From NCBI GenBank assembly GCA_013265495.1, contig MU058584.1, positions 7,654,407 through 7,718,406 of the forward strand: a DNA stretch of 64,000 bases, written 5' to 3'. The first letter of the stretch is position 1; each line of letters begins with the position of its first letter. This DNA comes from Vicugna vicugna (Eukaryota). The notes beneath the pieces are model-generated. The model was not told the origin of the DNA and did not search any database. It was given only the letters and a program-made list of their open reading frames with translations. Below, piece by piece: positions 62,322 through 64,000 of the stretch. The translations under genes and the position numbers were made by a program.

Positions 62322-63249
62322 GTGGTCTAAGTTAGCTTGCTTCAACCAGTCTTCAGCAGTTTCTCCTCTGCGTCCTGCCTGCAGCTCAGCTCGCCAGAGC
62401 GCTCTCAGTGGTCGGAGGAGCGTGCCTCCTGGGGCCCAGCCCTTCCAGGAGCCCGGTCAAACCCTGGCTCTCACTTCAGCTCTGAGCACTTTCCCCAAAA
62501 TCGAACTTTCTAGAACACTACAGGTGGCACTGCGCCACTGTCAGACATTTTCACAGTTCTCAGATTTGTCATTAGCCCCCAAGGGCTCTTGTCAAACGTG
62601 CATGACCCAGGGGTTGAGCACGTCAACTCTATCAGGGAATGACAAAAAGCATGTTCGTGGTGACCTGAGGAAGCCCACGCACTACGACCACGCCTCCTTC
62701 AGGGTGGAAAGGAAGCCTTAGAGACTCTCCACCCTCCCCACCCTCCCCACCTCCCACCAGCACTCCCGTCCTCATCGCCTGCCTTGAGCCCCGGGACTCG
62801 TGCGGCCCTTGACCCCAGCCTGGGTCGGTCAGCCAGGAACCCTAGGCTGCGGGGCACCCTCCTCTCCAGGACTCTGCTCGCCGTGCTGTGTGGAGATGAG
62901 AGTGCAAGTCCACTCTGCGCGCTCCCCCGCCCCGCCCACCTGCTGGAACCTTCCCGGTGCCCTCTGTCACTTGCGTCCCACTGCCAGCAAACTTCCCTGC
63001 GTCTTCGCCTGTTCTCTGGGTGTGTCTGTCACCTTCTTGCTCTAACACAAGGGCTGCCAGGGCATGGCTTTCCTGAGCCTTCTTGAAAGGGGGCACTTGT
63101 CTCCCACAGCCCTCGTCCTGCTGAGCCTGAAGTGGGGTAAGTACCCTTAGTTTTCATTTTTGCTTTCAGACCATTCTTCCTCCCTCCTCCCTAAAGCCCT
63201 CAGCTCTGAACCTCACCTAGCAGATTATAGCACGTTCCGCTCTTTGTTG

Positions 63250-64000
63250 CATTTACTACCAACCTCCAGTTCAGTCTCCCTTATTTCTTGGTGACTTTGG
63301 CTCCTGTGTCACTGTCGCTCTCTCTCTCTCCAGTACCACCCGGTCTGAATTCTTGGGGATTTCCACATACGCGTGGGTGCTCCTCCCAACACCCCCATCC
63401 CCACCCGCTTCTCATGCCCTTGGACTTCACTCCTCCATTGACGTTGCCCTCCTTCTGACCTCAGCGGCTCACTCCCAAAGTCATAACCTTGTCTTTAATC
63501 TCTGGCCTTCCTGTCTTTGAAACCCCTTGACCCTCCAGTCCCTTGACCTTTGCCCTGCCCCTCACCCCCCGCCCTTTACCCTTCTTGAGGTTCATTCTCC
63601 TTCTCATTCGTATTCCGTGGTCAGTCATTATAATCATGCCCATGCGTATCAGCCTGTCTCCCTTGCCCTTCTCTCAATCTGATAAAATCACCACCCTGGG
63701 TAAATTCAACACCGTCTACTCTGGTTTGCACCACGTAGCTGTACGTGGTCAGGAAAACACACAGATACAATCTAATTGGTTTCACTTTAAAATCACAACT
63801 ACCATTCTCACTGCCGGGCAGTGAGACAAAGCCTCCCCAGTTCACTCACTGTCCCGATGCCCTAAACTATGTCATATGTCCTCACCCCATCACTTCCTCC
63901 CTTAACCTCACGTCTCAGCTGATTCTTTACCTCTTACTTCCTGAGAAAATTGAAGCAGTTGGAAAAGAATTTCCCAAGATTCCCATCCTGTCCTCTATCC
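63250..64000 (+). mobile_element. Decayed L2 body fragment
   Basis: caccctgggtaaattcaacacc...tggtttcactttaaaatca...ctcttacttcctgagaaaattgaagca resembles L2 ORF2-region sequence. Confidence 0.55.

Noticed and set aside
1..64000. DNM3OS / miR-199a-2 / miR-214 cluster
   Set aside because: These lie in a more 5' DNM3 intron, and I found no mature miR-199a or miR-214 sequence here.
1..64000. CRISPR arrays, operons or other prokaryotic systems
   Set aside because: The sequence is mammalian intron/exon DNA, and I saw no regularly spaced repeat-spacer structure.

Overview
Mammalian genomic DNA, probably camelid, judged from three tRNA-Ala-like SINE copies resembling the vic-1 family. The + strand carries the 3' end of dynamin-3 (DNM3). 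Three internal coding exons lie at 18981-19145, 27714-27940 and 28686-28922 and encode the PH-GED linker, GED and proline-rich domain. They are followed by three alternative phase-2 C-terminal exons: tail b at 33504 (RFGAVKDEAAEP), tail a at 48206 (SRRPPPSPTRPTIIRPLESSLLD, ~4.9-kb 3' UTR) and tail c at 57530 (RRPPPAVPGRPS). The first coding exon of the C1orf105 orthologue (MEKRELK, 60120-60140) lies about 2.4 kb further on. The rest is intron or intergenic sequence rich in L1, L2, MIR, MaLR/ERV LTRs, hAT elements and young SINEs. Almost all ORFs in the supplied track are spurious. I found no convincing wholly novel system. The best leads are the C-terminal splice switch (extra candidate acceptors and a microexon, RBFOX/QKI motifs), a sharply CpG-rich PRD exon, and a speculative TATA-smORF-ATTAAA unit. 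Gene and repeat names come from recognising sequence from memory, not from a database search. Boundaries of old repeats are approximate.
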